From Podarcis muralis (Eukaryota), in NCBI RefSeq assembly GCF_964188315.1, contig NC_135668.1, positions 29,884,001 through 29,948,000 of the forward strand: a DNA stretch of 64,000 nucleotides, given 5' to 3'. Below, one piece after another: positions 49,350 to 61,391 of this stretch. The notes beneath the pieces are model-generated. The model had not been told where the DNA came from, made no database searches, and saw only the letters and a program-made list of their open reading frames with translations. The position numbers and the translations under genes are program-made. Each line of letters begins with the position of its first letter. The stretch's first letter is position 1.

Positions 49350-51268
49350 GTAGGTGCTGCATGGGGGTGCCTCTCCTCCGGGCAAAGTGCCCCCTCCCAA
49401 CCCCTGCCAGGGCCCGTTGCCCTTTTGCCTTGGTGGGGCTCCCTCCCTGCTCAGGACCACATTCCAGGACGCTAGACTTCCTGCAAGTCCCAAACTGCCG
49501 CTTGCCTTGGCACCAATGCTTTTGAAAAGCATCTACCCAAGACTGGCAGCACATGGGCAACCCCCGCCCCACCCCACCCCCATCAGGCACGGGAACCTGC
49601 AAGACAACCTCCCACCTGTCTTGCCTTATGGGACTGGGGAAGGGGGTATAGGAGCAGCCTAGGGTGCCTACAGGCGGGCTGGCTTTGGGAGAAATCGGTT
49701 CCTCCCAGATTGTGTGGCTGTGCAGTGGTACTCAGTAGGGAGAGAAACACATGTGCTGTCAATGGACAAGAACACCTCTTTTCTCCCTTTGTTTGTCTCC
49801 ACCATTGTGTCTCGTTGGCTTTGTTGATTTTTGCGCACAAACGCTGATTTGTGCATTTGGCTCTGATGTTGTTTGTCAGCTGCCCTGAGTTGCATTACGA
49901 AGAAGGATGTATTTTTAACCAATTAATATGTCCAAAGACACTCTCTCTTAGTGCCTTCCAGATGTTTTCGACTGCAAGTCCCATCAGCCCCAGCCAACAC
50001 GGCTGTAGGATGACCCTGGGGCTGATGAGAGATGTAGACAAAAATATCTGGAGGGCTGCAGGGTGGAGAAGGCTGGCCCGGAGGAACACCCCGCCCCCTC
50101 CGCTGGTTTCCTTGCTGCAGCGAAGAGAGCAGGCTGCCCCCTTGTGGGGGGGGGGAAGTCCTTTGCATCTCCTGGTGAGCAGACGCTGTTGCGCCAGGCG
50201 GTGATCGCCACGTGGCTTTTGACCTTCTGCGGGTTCCCCAGCCCTGACTGTGGGTTGCATATGACACGAGTGCCCCACGGATGGGAGTGGGAGGCTGCTA
50301 GATGTCTCTGAAGCAGGCAGAGCGTTGCTACGGCTTTACTTGTTTTCATTTCATAACTGGATACCGTATCGCTGGAAACCCACCCTTGGGAACAATAAAA
50401 ATGTTAATTAATTAAAGATACAGCCAAGGGGAGTGGGGATTTGGTTTCCCTGCCTCCCAGGTGCAGTCCCTGAACTACATTTGAGGCAGGACTGGCTGGG
50501 ATTTGAATAAGAAGTTCCAGCTCTGGGATATATGGAAAACATGCATTTCCCTGAGCATGTGCAGAGTAAACCAGGCCTTGATGGTTTCTAAATCCAGTAC
50601 TGTGTGAAATGATAAAACCCTATTTATGATTTGCAAGCACCCTTTTTTTATAAAGGGTCTTTAGCCATGCCTTTCTTAAGATGAACATTCTCCTTGAATG
50701 TAAGAGCCCTCAATAACGTTTCTTACCCTTCTCTGATATATATACCTTGTTCTATGTTATGTGTAATGGAACAGTCCATATTTTATAAGGTATTGACAAC
50801 TTGGTGTGTTTTTTTATTTACTTATTTTTCTGGCGAGTGCATCTTTAAAAAGCATGAAATATTACTATACGCTGCAAATTGCTCAGCATAGGGAATGTAG
50901 AGGGAAGAGGGATAAACAACAAAGAGTCCTGGTAGTTGCAGTGCATTTCTACACGCAGCGTGCGTACCCCAGTGTGGTATACTGGTGGAAGTGTCAGACT
51001 GGGACCTGGGTGATCAGGGTTCAAATCCCCACTCAGCCATGAACCTCACTGGGGGACCTTCGGCCAGTCACTCGCTCTCAGACTAGCCTGAGCGCTGTTG
51101 TGGTGAATAACCAAAGGGAGGGGGAAGGGGGGTATAAATGCAATTAATATATATTTATAATTTATAAAAATAACATCAATAGGTCCCAGAACTAAGTTCA
51201 CCCGACAGAGTGCTGCCTGATAGCTGCTTCTCCCTACCCACCTGTGACTCCTTTCTTGGCTTCCTCAG

Positions 51269-51355
51269 GACGGCACCTACAGAGCTACTTGGGACCTCCC
51301 CACCCAGCACCCTTCCTGTGGTTTCCTGTGGAGCAGCCAGACCTTAAGAGGGTGA
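51269..51355 (+). CDS. MESP2: Candidate MESP2 exon 2 (DGTYRATWDLPTQHPSCGFLWSSQTLRG*)
   Basis: Good acceptor ctcctttcttggcttcctcag|GAC, phase 0, stop at 51353-51355. No sequence-similarity support; a nearer acceptor at 49455 competes. Confidence 0.4.
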   Translation, partial: DGTYRATWDLPTQHPSCGFLWSSQTLRG

Positions 51356-51796
51356 GCCTGCTGGGTGAGAAGCAGCCACAGAGGAGAAGCCACAGCAAAG
51401 GAGGAGGTCCTGTGGTTGTCCTGAGCACCCTCCACCTGCCCTGAAGGCATCCTCGTCCCCATCAGCAGGAGATCCTCTTCTTCAGAGCTCCCAAACGCTG
51501 GGGCACGATCAGGACAGCAGCATCTTCTCTCTCTGGAGGTTTCCAGTCCAAAGACCCACTCTGACTGCAGCAAGCGCAATTGGGGACTTGGCCTCCAGGT
51601 GCCTGCTGGGTTCTTCAAACCTTTGCTCAACCACAAACTCATTGAGTCCTCTCTGTCCGGCCATTGTCCTACCTCACAGGGTTGTTGTGAGGCCACACAA
51701 GGCCACACACTTAAAAGTAGCAAAAAAAACCCTTGTATGATTAATAAGCGGCAGTCTTCTTGCTTGAATCCAAGGTTATTTTTGTTTGTTTTAGAC

Positions 51797-52095
51797 CAGC
51801 GGTTCCCAAAGTAGGCAGTACTGCCCCCTCCCCAGGGGGCTGCTAAGAGGCAAGGGGGCAGCCAGTGATGCTGGTGGTGTAAATGACTACCAGACTTTGA
51901 AAAGCTGGTATCACCGGATCAATTTCATCCATTTTGTTGAATTAATTAAACTTAATGGTTTTACTTGGATTTTGAATAAACGTGCAATTAATTGTTACTG
52001 CTTTGAATTTTGTTGTGTTATTATCTTCCTAAGTGAGTAGGGGGTGAGTTTATGGAACCAAGGGAAAGTGGCCTGAAAAAGTTTGGGAACCACTG
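51797..52095. mobile_element. Older hAT-like element; related truncated copy at about 57428-57640
   Basis: CAGCGGTTCCCAA...TTGGGAACCACTG; internal sequence shared with 57428-57640. Confidence 0.65.
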
Positions 52096-52100
52096 ATTTA

Positions 52101-52168
<68 letters not shown>

Positions 52169-52719
52169 CTCCCCAACCCCAAATACTTGGTCTCTTTCAA
52201 TTCACAAAGATATTTTTTTGGGGGGGGGGATACACAGAGCTACAGAGAACCCCACCCCTCCCACTGATTAATTAAAGAACAGCCTGGGCATATAATTCAG
52301 GATACTATTCTTAATTTATAAAGTTAGGGTTTAAAAATTTATAAAGTTAGGGGTATAAAAATATACAGAGCTTTCTGGGTGGGGGAACATCACCATGGTC
52401 GAGAGGGGGACCCCTCTCTCTTTCCCCTCCCTCCCCCCTCCCAGGACCCCTGAGGCAGATGTGGAAACAGGCAGTGCAAGAGAAGAGGCTTCTGGGCAGA
52501 GCAAAGAAGCAAGCGTGGCCCGTTTGCCTCATGGCAGAAAGGAATCTGGGGCGGTGGACATGGCCAGACCTCTTCAGTGGCCAGGAAGGAGCAGGACGAG
52601 GCTCACAGAAGGATGGGGGAGAAGAGACAGCTTTGGCAGTAAAGGGGGACTCCAGAGCAACGTGGAAAGACAGGCAGCAAAACTGCTTGCGGACAACCTC
52701 AGCCTGATCCCCCAGACCT

Positions 52720-52869
52720 TCACAGCTGGCTCTGGAACCACTTCAGGGCAGGCTCCTTGTTCGCAGCCACCCACTGGATGTTGGCCTTCGTCTTCTCCAG
52801 GGCCTGCTCCAGCGCTCGTGTCCCTGAGCCAAAGCCCACATCCGCGTTGTCTGCCTTGAACTGCTCCAA
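52720..52869 (-). CDS. ANPEP: Aminopeptidase N last coding exon (LEQFKADN...[23 protein letters not shown]...*)
   Basis: ctcccggcag|TTG, 49 aa then TGA at 52720-52722. Confidence 0.96.
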   Translation of the reverse strand: MEQFKADNADVGFGSGTRALEQALEKTKANIQWVAANKEPALKWFQSQL

Positions 52870-53752
52870 CTGCCGGGAGGGAGAGAAAGCAGGCAGGGGG
52901 TCGTCACTGTCATCATTGGAGAGTGTGAGGAAGTGGTCAGAATGCTGGACTAGGACCTGAGTGACTTGGGTTCGAATCCACACACACCCCATTCAGCCAT
53001 GAAGCTCACTGGATGACCCTGGGGACCAGTCCCAGTTTCTTTCAGCCTAACCTACCTTGCAGGGTGGTTGTGAGGATGAATTATCTATCACATTTAAGTA
53101 TATTCCACCTTGGAGGGGAGGTGGAACATAAACAAGCAACTATGGCTGTTTAACTAAGAAGTGCAATGTGCGTTACACTGGGGTAACCAACACCATCCTT
53201 TGCTACGTGAGCAACCCATATAGAACAGAACCCATTTTATTTTGTAAAGAATTGGCCCACTTCTTAACACTTAATCTTAAATTGTTGCAACCTGCCCTGG
53301 GACCTGCTAGTGGAAGGCAAGTAATATATTTAAAATGAAAAAGAATGAACACAACAGTAGCCACAGGGGTGAGGGGGGTGGGGGGAGAGGATGGATGTGC
53401 AATTCACCTGAGCAGCCCCTTTAAAAAAATCCTGTTTTTTAAAAAAATCAGTTGCTTAAATTACGCTATAACCCTTATTGATTAAAGTGTGGCTGCCCAG
53501 GGCAGGTTGGAAACCCCCACTTCAAACAAGTGGAGGACAGATGTGATGGTCTGGAATTGGGGGAGGCTGTGGCCCAGACCCATAGGGCGGTTTTTCCAGC
53601 ACCTCACCAAGCCTTGGGTGTTCTGCTCAGTGCCTGGCATCCTTTGGGTGGCCTGCGAAGGGTCATGGCTTCTGGCTCATCAAGGTGTTTGCCCCCCACC
53701 CACACTCTGCACAGGCCTCCCTCCTGCTCCTCCAACTGTATACGGTCCTTAC

Positions 53753-53834
53753 CTGCCGGAGCTCAAAGTCGGAAGCGAATCTCTGCGTCACCGCCTGGAT
53801 CAGGTTGGAGAAGGAGAAGGAGCCTCCGCCGTAC
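53753..53834 (-). CDS. ANPEP: Aminopeptidase N exon ([27 protein letters not shown])
   Basis: 82 nt; the [16 protein letters not shown] stretch is diagnostic for ANPEP. Confidence 0.96.
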
Positions 53835-53933
53835 CTGGTTTGGTGGGTAGGGGGGTAACGGGAGGAAAGGGTGAGCCTGGGCACACACAACCAATGCCCC
53901 TCCCCTGTCACCAGCTCAAATCACCCCACTCAC

Positions 53934-54074
53934 TGGTCAAAGAGCGTCTTCCAGTTGGCCCGGACAAAGTCCCACACAAGGCCCTGCCCAACCACGTTGC
54001 GGGAGATGCTGATGATGGTGGACGTAGCATCCTGACGGCGAATCTTCGTGGGGTCCAGCGAGAACTCAAGGTAC
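53934..54074 (-). CDS. ANPEP: Aminopeptidase N exon ([20 protein letters not shown]...WKTLFD)
   Basis: 141 nt, AG/GT, in frame. Confidence 0.95.
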
Positions 54075-54677
54075 CTGTAGAACCGGATGGGGGCAGGTCC
54101 TTGAGCTGGCACCACTAGCAGCAACTCCAGGGGACCCTGGGGGTCCGGTCACACACAAAACCTCACCCTTGCCCAACCTCCCCACCACCACCACCACCGC
54201 TGCATTACCTCTGGCATTCAGCCGCCTCAGCGGCGACTAGGCCAGTGCCTGCACCTCTGCCGTGGGCCTCTTTTGGGGCCCGCTGCAGCTTTAGGTGGAG
54301 GCCGTGTGGCAGACAGAGATCCCACGGTGGAGGCTCAGGCCCTGGTTCAGGCGTTGCTGTGGCTCTGGAGCGCATGTGCTCGCACTGTGCTGCAATGTCA
54401 TCCCATCACAGTGAAAGCGGGCCCAAGTTGGCGCCACTGGCTGACCCTCTCCTGGCTGAAACCTGGCCCTCACTCCACCTTATTCAGTCCTTGAAGACCA
54501 CATCTGCCCCTTGCCGCTTGCTTCCTGGGAGTGCATCTCCCAGGGGAAAGGGGCCACAGGCCTGACCAGAGGAAGGTTGGCCCCTGCTCGTCCCTAGGTT
54601 CTGAAGAAGCCTGGCGCATCCTCCCCATCCCCACCTCCACACCCTACAAGGGCCTTGTCCAGCTGGGGCCACCTCAC

Positions 54678-54845
54678 CTCTGGAGGATCCAGGGCTCCTG
54701 GCTGCAGGCCAAAGCAGAACGGAGCTTGTCAGCCTCAGACACCACGGTGGCATTCAGGAACATCTGCCAGCCAAAGTCCCAGGTCTCCTCCCCACCTGTA
54801 GAAATGGCACTGCAGTAGATGGCAGAGCGCAGGTTGGGTGCGATC
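54678..54845 (-). CDS. ANPEP: Aminopeptidase N exon ([11 protein letters not shown]...[19 protein letters not shown])
   Basis: 168 nt, AG/GT, in frame. Confidence 0.95.
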
Positions 54846-55803
54846 CTGAAGGCAAGAATGAAGAAACGATTCATTTTCTGCATAATTTTTATTAAATTTT
54901 CTGTTTTACAATTTAAAATTCTCATTTTACGCCCTTAAGATATGCATTTACACGCCAGTGAATATTTTATGCTACTATTTTATTGCTGTTATTAACAGAT
55001 CCTATTTTTAATGGATTTATTTATATATATATATATAGTTTTAATCCTATTGGTGTTTAGTTGATTTTAAATGATTTTTAGTTTTTTTATTTTAGCTTTG
55101 TTCCGCAATTTTTATTTGCAAGCCACCTTGAGCCCTGGTCCAGGAGAAAAGAGGGATATAAATAAACAATAATAATACTAGTCTGCAAACCACTCTTAGA
55201 AATGTATTTGTTTTTGATTAAGCGGCATATAAAACTTGCTAAATAAATAGACTAAATGTATGATTAGCTGGCAAAGCAGCAGCTGAGGACACACGGATCA
55301 CTCTCGTGTCCTGAGATCCTGCAGGAGTGGAATTTCTTTGAAAACGAAACAGAGAGGCAAACTTGCCTGACTGGCCTAAAAAGGCACTGCTGTTACACTT
55401 TGATCTAGAGGGTTTGCCTCTCCAATGCAACCGTGTGCATGCCTACTTGGAAGTAAATCTCTCTGTGCTCTGTGGGAGTTACTGGAAATGATGTATCTGA
55501 TTGCAACCTTTACATTTGGAAAAAGCGAGGGTCACTTCCACACTTAAAGCACGTGGCTTCCTGCAAAGAATCATAGGGACTGTAGTTTCTTAGGGGTAGC
55601 GGGAATCATAGCTCTGTCAGAGGTAAACTACAATTCCTGTGATTTTCCTGGGGAAGCAGTGACTGTTAAAGTTCTACAAATGTGCTTTCATGGTTTGGTG
55701 TGGATGTGACCCCAAACCAGCCTGAGGGATTGGTCTGCTCAAGGGACGGAGGTCTCCCCAGAGGTCTGTCCTGGACCATTCAGACACAGCCACAAACACT
55801 TAC

Positions 55804-55914
55804 GGGTTATTGCTGGGGTTATTCATCCAAGTGTTGAACAAGTCACTGGCCAAGTTCTGGCACTCAGAGATGCCAAAGGAGCAGGCTGTGTTGATGGCGG
55901 AGATCTCATTGTAC
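55804..55914 (-). CDS. ANPEP: Aminopeptidase N exon (YNEISAINTACSFGISEC...NNPSNN)
   Basis: 111 nt, AG/GT, in frame. Confidence 0.95.
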
Positions 55915-55964
55915 CTGGGCAGGGAAAGGAAACTCAGGGAGTTAGACTGGATGAACCTTGAGGT

Positions 55965-56262
55965 CATAGAATCATAGAATATTAGAGTTGGAAGGAGACT
56001 CCACAACCTTCTGAGGGAGACCATTTCACTGTCAAACAGCTCTTAGTGTCAGAAAGTTTTTCCTGATGTTTAGCCTCCCTTCTTGTAACTTGTAGCCGTT
56101 GGTTCGAGACCAACCTTCCAGAACAGGAGAAAACAAGCTTGCTCCATCTTCCATGTGACAGCACTTAAGGTATTTGAAGATGGCTATCATATCTCCTGTC
56201 AGTCACCTCTTTTCCAGGCTAAACCTATCCAGTTCCTTCAACCATTCCTCATAAAGCTTGGG
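55965..56262 (-). mobile_element. CR1 LINE 3' fragment in an ANPEP intron
   Basis: CATAGAATCATAGAAT tail with CR1 3' sequence. Confidence 0.8.
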
Positions 56263-56681
56263 TCCTTTCCAACTCCACAATTTGGTGGTTCTCTGACTTG
56301 GAGCTAGAGAGAAGAGCAACCCAGGAGGCCTCCTGGCTGCAGCTTGGACCTGGAAATCCCAGGCACAGTGTGTTCCCAGCTTGGAGCACCACAGAGGAAG
56401 CCTCTCAGCCTTTTCCCCTGCCACTGTGAAATGATGGGATGGAGGCTTATCTTCCCACCTCCCCACTGCCCAGGGCCAAAGTGAGAGCTGGAAAGAGGAG
56501 CAAGAGGCAACAGAGCCCCCCACCTGGTGCTGCATTGCAGAGACAGTTGGCCAGTAAGATTAGCCAAACCTGCTCAGCCCCTCCTTTGAGGGTCCTCCTG
56601 CCCCAACCAGGCCAGTTGTCAACCCCAGCCTAGCCCCTCCAGTGCCCCCCGACACCTTCCCCTCAGTCCAAGGAAACTCAC

Positions 56682-56773
56682 TGGTCCATCAGGCCATCTG
56701 GGATTTTGGTCCAGTTAGCGGTGAGGTTCTTATAATAATTGAACAGAGGAGTGACCTGCTTCTGGATGTATTT
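56682..56773 (-). CDS. ANPEP: Aminopeptidase N exon (KYIQKQVTPLFNYYKNLTANWTKIPDGLMD)
   Basis: 92 nt, cctgcag|AAA...CA|gtgagt. Confidence 0.95.
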
Positions 56774-57036
56774 CTGCAGGAAGAGAACAACGCAGCAGTC
56801 ATTAGGCAACGTTCTCTCTAAGAAAGAAATGGGCCAATGCCTGCCTTGTAGCCCCCTGCCCAACTCCATCCCTGATTAGCACTAGGCTGGGAATACCCTT
56901 CCCCATTTGTAGGGTGAGGCTGGGGGGGGGAGCTCTCAGAGGGTGCAGGAGTGACACTCTCTCCTCCTCCCTCCCAACCCACCTGGCGCCCCACATCCCT
57001 GGAACCCCACCCATGCCTACCACGACCAGAACTCAC

Positions 57037-57184
57037 CTGCATGGGCCCATACACCTGGCTGCGGTCGAACATGAGCTGGAAGTAGCCCAGGTTGCTGAGT
57101 GCTGCACTCCAGGGCAAGTAGTCTCTCTCATTCCCCAGGTAGAGGGTGGTGTTCAGGGCCAGCTCCGTGCTGGTGTAATTTGCC
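57037..57184 (-). CDS. ANPEP: Aminopeptidase N exon ([18 protein letters not shown]...[11 protein letters not shown])
   Basis: 148 nt, AG/GT, in frame. Confidence 0.95.
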
Positions 57185-58275
57185 CTGGAAGATTGAGACA
57201 GCTTTGGGTGGAGGGTGTGTGTGGAGCAGGCTGGTGAGGCCCCTCCCATCCCCTGCACAGTTCAGCAGCCCTGCATTTAAGGCCACCAAGACCACAGGAA
57301 GTCATTGCCCACCCCCACCCCACCCCCACAATTCTTGGATCAAAACCTAACCCAGAGTCCTGTTTGCAGTGCCAGCAGTGAGACTTATGCAGCCTTTTGC
57401 AACCTAGAGCCCTCCAGATGTTTTAGACCAGTGATTCCCAATGAGGGTGCTCTGGGGGAGGATTGCCTAGGGGGTACTAAGAGGCAAGGGGTTAGGGTTA
57501 AGTGGCTGCTGAAGGTGTAAATGACTATCAGAATTTGAAAAACTGGCATCACTGGTTTGAGTCCATCCATTTTGTTGAATGGATTAAATTAAATAGTTTA
57601 CACTGAATTTTGAATAAATGTGCAGTTACTTGTTTCTTCATCACTTCCCTTCTTGCAAAAAGCCTGCTTCTTTCGGGAGAGCAGCTTTGGTTGTGCAAAA
57701 GTCCCAGTCAACTATAACAAGGCAATCCAAATTTGCAAAGATGTGACTAAATCCCATGTAAAAGCTGCAACAGGCTGAAAGTGCCCGTAATCCAAAACAA
57801 CCGGAGGCATCAGGATGTGGAAGGCTGGCCCAGGAAGATGTGAGGCTCCTGAGCATGGGCAAAGTGCCCTACTGTCACTACTAGGGGACCCAATGGACCC
57901 TTGCAAGGGGAAATTTCTGGGCAGACGAGCTCAGGCACCTCACACGCTTTTGATTTTACACAAGAGCAGCAGTAAGCCTGGGTGTCTTGGAAAAATGAGA
58001 GCATGCACACTCCACATAAGTGGGTGGGGGTATGTGCGTCAACTCCAGACTGGCTCGCTGGTTCCAGAGACCAGCCCAGGAAGGACCAGGCAGGTTGGAC
58101 CTGAGAGCACCGACAATAGCCACTTCTGCATCCAAGCAGCACAAGAACCCTGCTGCATCCTCATACGCCACCAGAGGGCACTTGGACAGAAGTTTGGCTT
58201 GAATGGCCTTGGGGGTGTATATGGAGATTAGTGACTCCCAGATACAGGGGAGCTGCAGGTAACCCAAAGTCTTAC

Positions 58276-58331
58276 CTGGCCAGGTTGAAGGAGTCATCAA
58301 TCAGCTGAGCACGGTTAAGAATTGGGATTTT
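58276..58331 (-). CDS. ANPEP: Aminopeptidase N exon (KIPILNRAQLIDDSFNLA)
   Basis: 56 nt, ttccag|AAA...AG|gtaaga; matches IPVINRAQIINDAFNLA. Confidence 0.94.
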
Positions 58332-58432
58332 CTGGAAAGCAGCAGAAGTTGCTGGTCAGGATGGGAGGAACAGGAGGGAGGGGCAGGCTGGTAGGAAAGG
58401 GTGAGGGCAGGAAGGGAGCTGAAACATTAGAC

Positions 58433-58849
58433 CAGTAGTTTTCAACCAGTGTGCCGTGGCACCCTGGGGTGCCTTGAAAGATGGTCAGGGGTGCTGTGGG
58501 CAACACTGGCCTCTATCCCTCTTTCCTTTCCTCCCTCCTCTGATGCCCTCTTACGTCTGCTCCACAGGCGAATGGGGCTTCTGGGAGGCACCTCTCTTTG
58601 GGGTGGGGGCAGCTCAGAGACCAGGCACGGCAACAGCAGCTGCCCTCAGGACTCCCAAGGAGAGAGGAGAGGAGACGAGGATGAGGGAACACTCCACAAG
58701 GGAGGGTGTGTGGAAAAGGGTGAGAGGCTGCCAGCTCTGCTGGCAAGGGGTGACATAACTAGGCTCCTGAGCCCCACAGGGGTGCCAGAGAAAGAATGTA
58801 CTGTAATTGGTCAAGGGAGCTGTGGACTCAAAAAGGTTGAAAACCTCTG
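58433..58849. mobile_element. hAT-like element in an ANPEP intron
   Basis: CAGTAGTTTTCAACC...GGTTGAAAACCTCTG; TSD CATTAGAC/TGTTAGAC. Confidence 0.6.
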
Positions 58850-59480
58850 TGTTAGACCAAGCCAAATCCAGCCATAGGGGAGCCCCACCCCACCTGCCTT
58901 GCAAGGCCAGGTTCCCACATTCGCCCGAGACTCATGATGAAGGCAGAACACTGCTGACATTTCCTGCTAGTTCAGAGTTGTGGACCAGTCCCTGGTTTGG
59001 GGTTCCCAGTCTGTCTGAAACAGCCCATTTCCTTTTGTGCATTGTCACTTAGATTGTAACCCTGAGAGCAAAGTCAGTCTTATAGCACTACTGGTTGTTG
59101 TCAGCCACTCTGGGAGCCATTTTCAGCGGAATAATTCCCTCCCACCCTTGATTTTACTGTTTTACCTTTTGTAAACCACTTTGATGGTGTGTGGTTTTTT
59201 TTACAATCAAGTAGTGTATAAATTTTATGAAATAAATTAATACTGAGTCAGGAACAGTATTTCCCCCCCCCCACACACACACACCCCTCCATCAGTCACC
59301 AAATTTCAAGGGCTGTGGGGGAGAAGGGGGGGAGCCTTTGCCTCACAGACTCTCCAGTTAAACCTTGAAGAAGTTGAACTGGAGGAAGATGGAGACCTGC
59401 CTGGGCTCCTGGTTGTGTTCAGATGAATGGGACCCTGGTTGTGTAGAGAGGGGAAGAAGGGAGTCCAGGTCTGTGGCTAC

Positions 59481-59620
59481 CTGGTGGTCTGTCTTCAGCT
59501 GGTCCAGGAGCCTGTCCCAGTTCCCCTGGTCATAGTTCACCCGGAAATATCCTGTGACGTTAATGTTGAGGAGCAGCCACGTGTTAGGATCAGCCCCAAT
59601 TGAGAAGTTGGAGTTCTGAG
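59481..59620 (-). CDS. ANPEP: Aminopeptidase N exon (WLLLNINVTGYFRVNYDQGNW)
   Basis: 140 nt, AG/GT; matches WVLLNLNVTGYYRVNYD. Confidence 0.95.
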
Positions 59621-59779
59621 CTGCAAAAAGAGAGAGAGGGGTGACCTTGCGTGTGATCTAGAGAGACCCGTTCTCCAGAGCCAATTCCCCTCCCCCTGCC
59701 AATGTGGGCTCAGAGTGGCCCAGCTACAAAGTGTGATTCTAAGAAAGATGGCTAGAAAGGCATCTCTAGCCAGGGAATA

Positions 59780-60360
59780 GTATGGTGCCACTTTTGCCTA
59801 CTTGACTACAAAACTTACTTAAAAGCCTCAACCAAGCAACCATCTTGCAAGGTTGGGGTGACCCAGTACTTTGGTCTGAAAAGCCTAATATATCGTTCTC
59901 TACAGACCCTCCCAGGTGCTAAGATCAGCAGAGAGGGCCCTCTTGGTAGTTCCTCCACCCTCATAAATTTGTGGGGGTGGGCCAGTGTGTGTTGAACCAA
60001 AGGTGAACTGTTCTGGACGCTCTGCAAACACCATCTCAGTAGTCAAGATAACCCCATAATTTATTAGTAGTTGTAGCAACGAACTCATATATGTTTATAT
60101 TTTTTGCTTTGATGTTATCCTTATCTATGGGCTTGGGTGCTGGGCTCTGAGCCCAGAAAGGGGAACTATCTGTAAGATTTGGGTAGTTGCCACCTGTCGT
60201 CTCCTCTAGTCAGGTGAAGCGATGAGAAGTCCTAGACAAAGTGACATATACTGCTTTGTGTATTTAAAAATGTATGAATGTTTGCTTGGGTGAGGTCAAT
60301 CTGTCCCCTTGCTGAGGTGCCCACCCCACGGTCTGTAAAGGCTAGGAGACCTGGCAGGCT
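59780..60360. mobile_element. Possible solo LTR in an ANPEP intron
   Basis: Unique-looking sequence with LTR-like composition and a minus-strand AATAAA; no TSD verified. Confidence 0.2.
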
Positions 60361-60899
60361 GATTTGCTGCAAGTCTACACCCTTCTTCTTAATAGAACAC
60401 TAGAACTGATCATTCTGGCATTTTGGGCATCCTTCTTTGTTATCCTGCACCCAGCCACTCCCATGAGGCCTCCTTTGGGTCTGCGGTTCAGAACACCTGG
60501 GAGAAGAAGGCATTCTCTGTGGCATCCCTCCCCACATGTATGCTGAAGATGAACCTCTTTACCCTGGCCTTTCACACCCAAGATACATGTTTTCAGGACC
60601 CGCCCTACTCCTGTGACTGCAACTTAGCTATTTTAAATATTGAATATTGAATAGTTGTAAGCTGCCCTGGGGCCTGTTGGTGAAGGGTGGGTAATACGTT
60701 AAAGGAGGAGGGGGGGAAGGCGGAGGAGGAGGAGGAGAAGTTGTATTCAACAAACTTTTACCCTTTGAAAATTAATGGTCCTCAATTAGCTATGGCCATG
60801 AATTTCAGTGGGTGTATTTTGAGTAAAAGTCAATTGAATGCAATAATAATCCCATTTACATCACGGTAAAGCTGGGAAGATGGTCGCAGTGAAGGGTAC

Positions 60900-60976
60900 C
60901 TGTTGTGCTTGTGAGCCAGTACATGGGTATTGGATTATCTGACTTCATTGAGGAGACAGGGACGATCCAGGTGTAG
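60900..60976 (-). CDS. ANPEP: Aminopeptidase N exon (YTWIVPVSSMKSDNPIPMYWLTSTT)
   Basis: tttctgcag|C TAC...ACA G|gtacc, 77 nt; phases fit both neighbours. Confidence 0.92.
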
Positions 60977-61218
60977 CTGCAGAAAGAGACAGACAGGTGT
61001 GTCCTCCCTTGTCCTGACTCAAGCCAAAGGTCTCTTGGCTTCCAAGGAGGAGGAGGAGGAGGAGGAGGAGAGTGCACTGGCCAGGAAGTCTAGTGATGCC
61101 CTGCCAGGAACTGCCAATGGCCACAATGCTCTGGACACAAGCACACTCTTTCCTCCAGGTCGTTCTGGACTGGATATGGCCTTTCCATGGAGTCTGTGGC
61201 TCAGGGTTCCCTACTTAC

Positions 61219-61391
61219 TTGAATTGTGAGGATCGGTTAACAACAGATGTTTGGTCCAGCAAGAAATGCTTCTGAGTGAGGCTCCCAGTAGCAGTGTCCA
61301 CAGTCACCACTGGGAAGCCCATCTGCAAGGTCCACCGGTCCATGATTTCTTTGACTGTGCCAGGGAGTTCAAACCTGTCTTGATCTACTGC
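61219..61391 (-). CDS. ANPEP: Aminopeptidase N exon (AVDQ...[18 protein letters not shown]...SSQF)
   Basis: AG/GT boundaries, 173 nt; M1-peptidase WTLQMGFPV motif. Confidence 0.95.

Noticed and set aside
53489-54118. 209-aa plus-strand ORF
   Set aside because: Antisense to ANPEP exons and introns; no recognisable protein.
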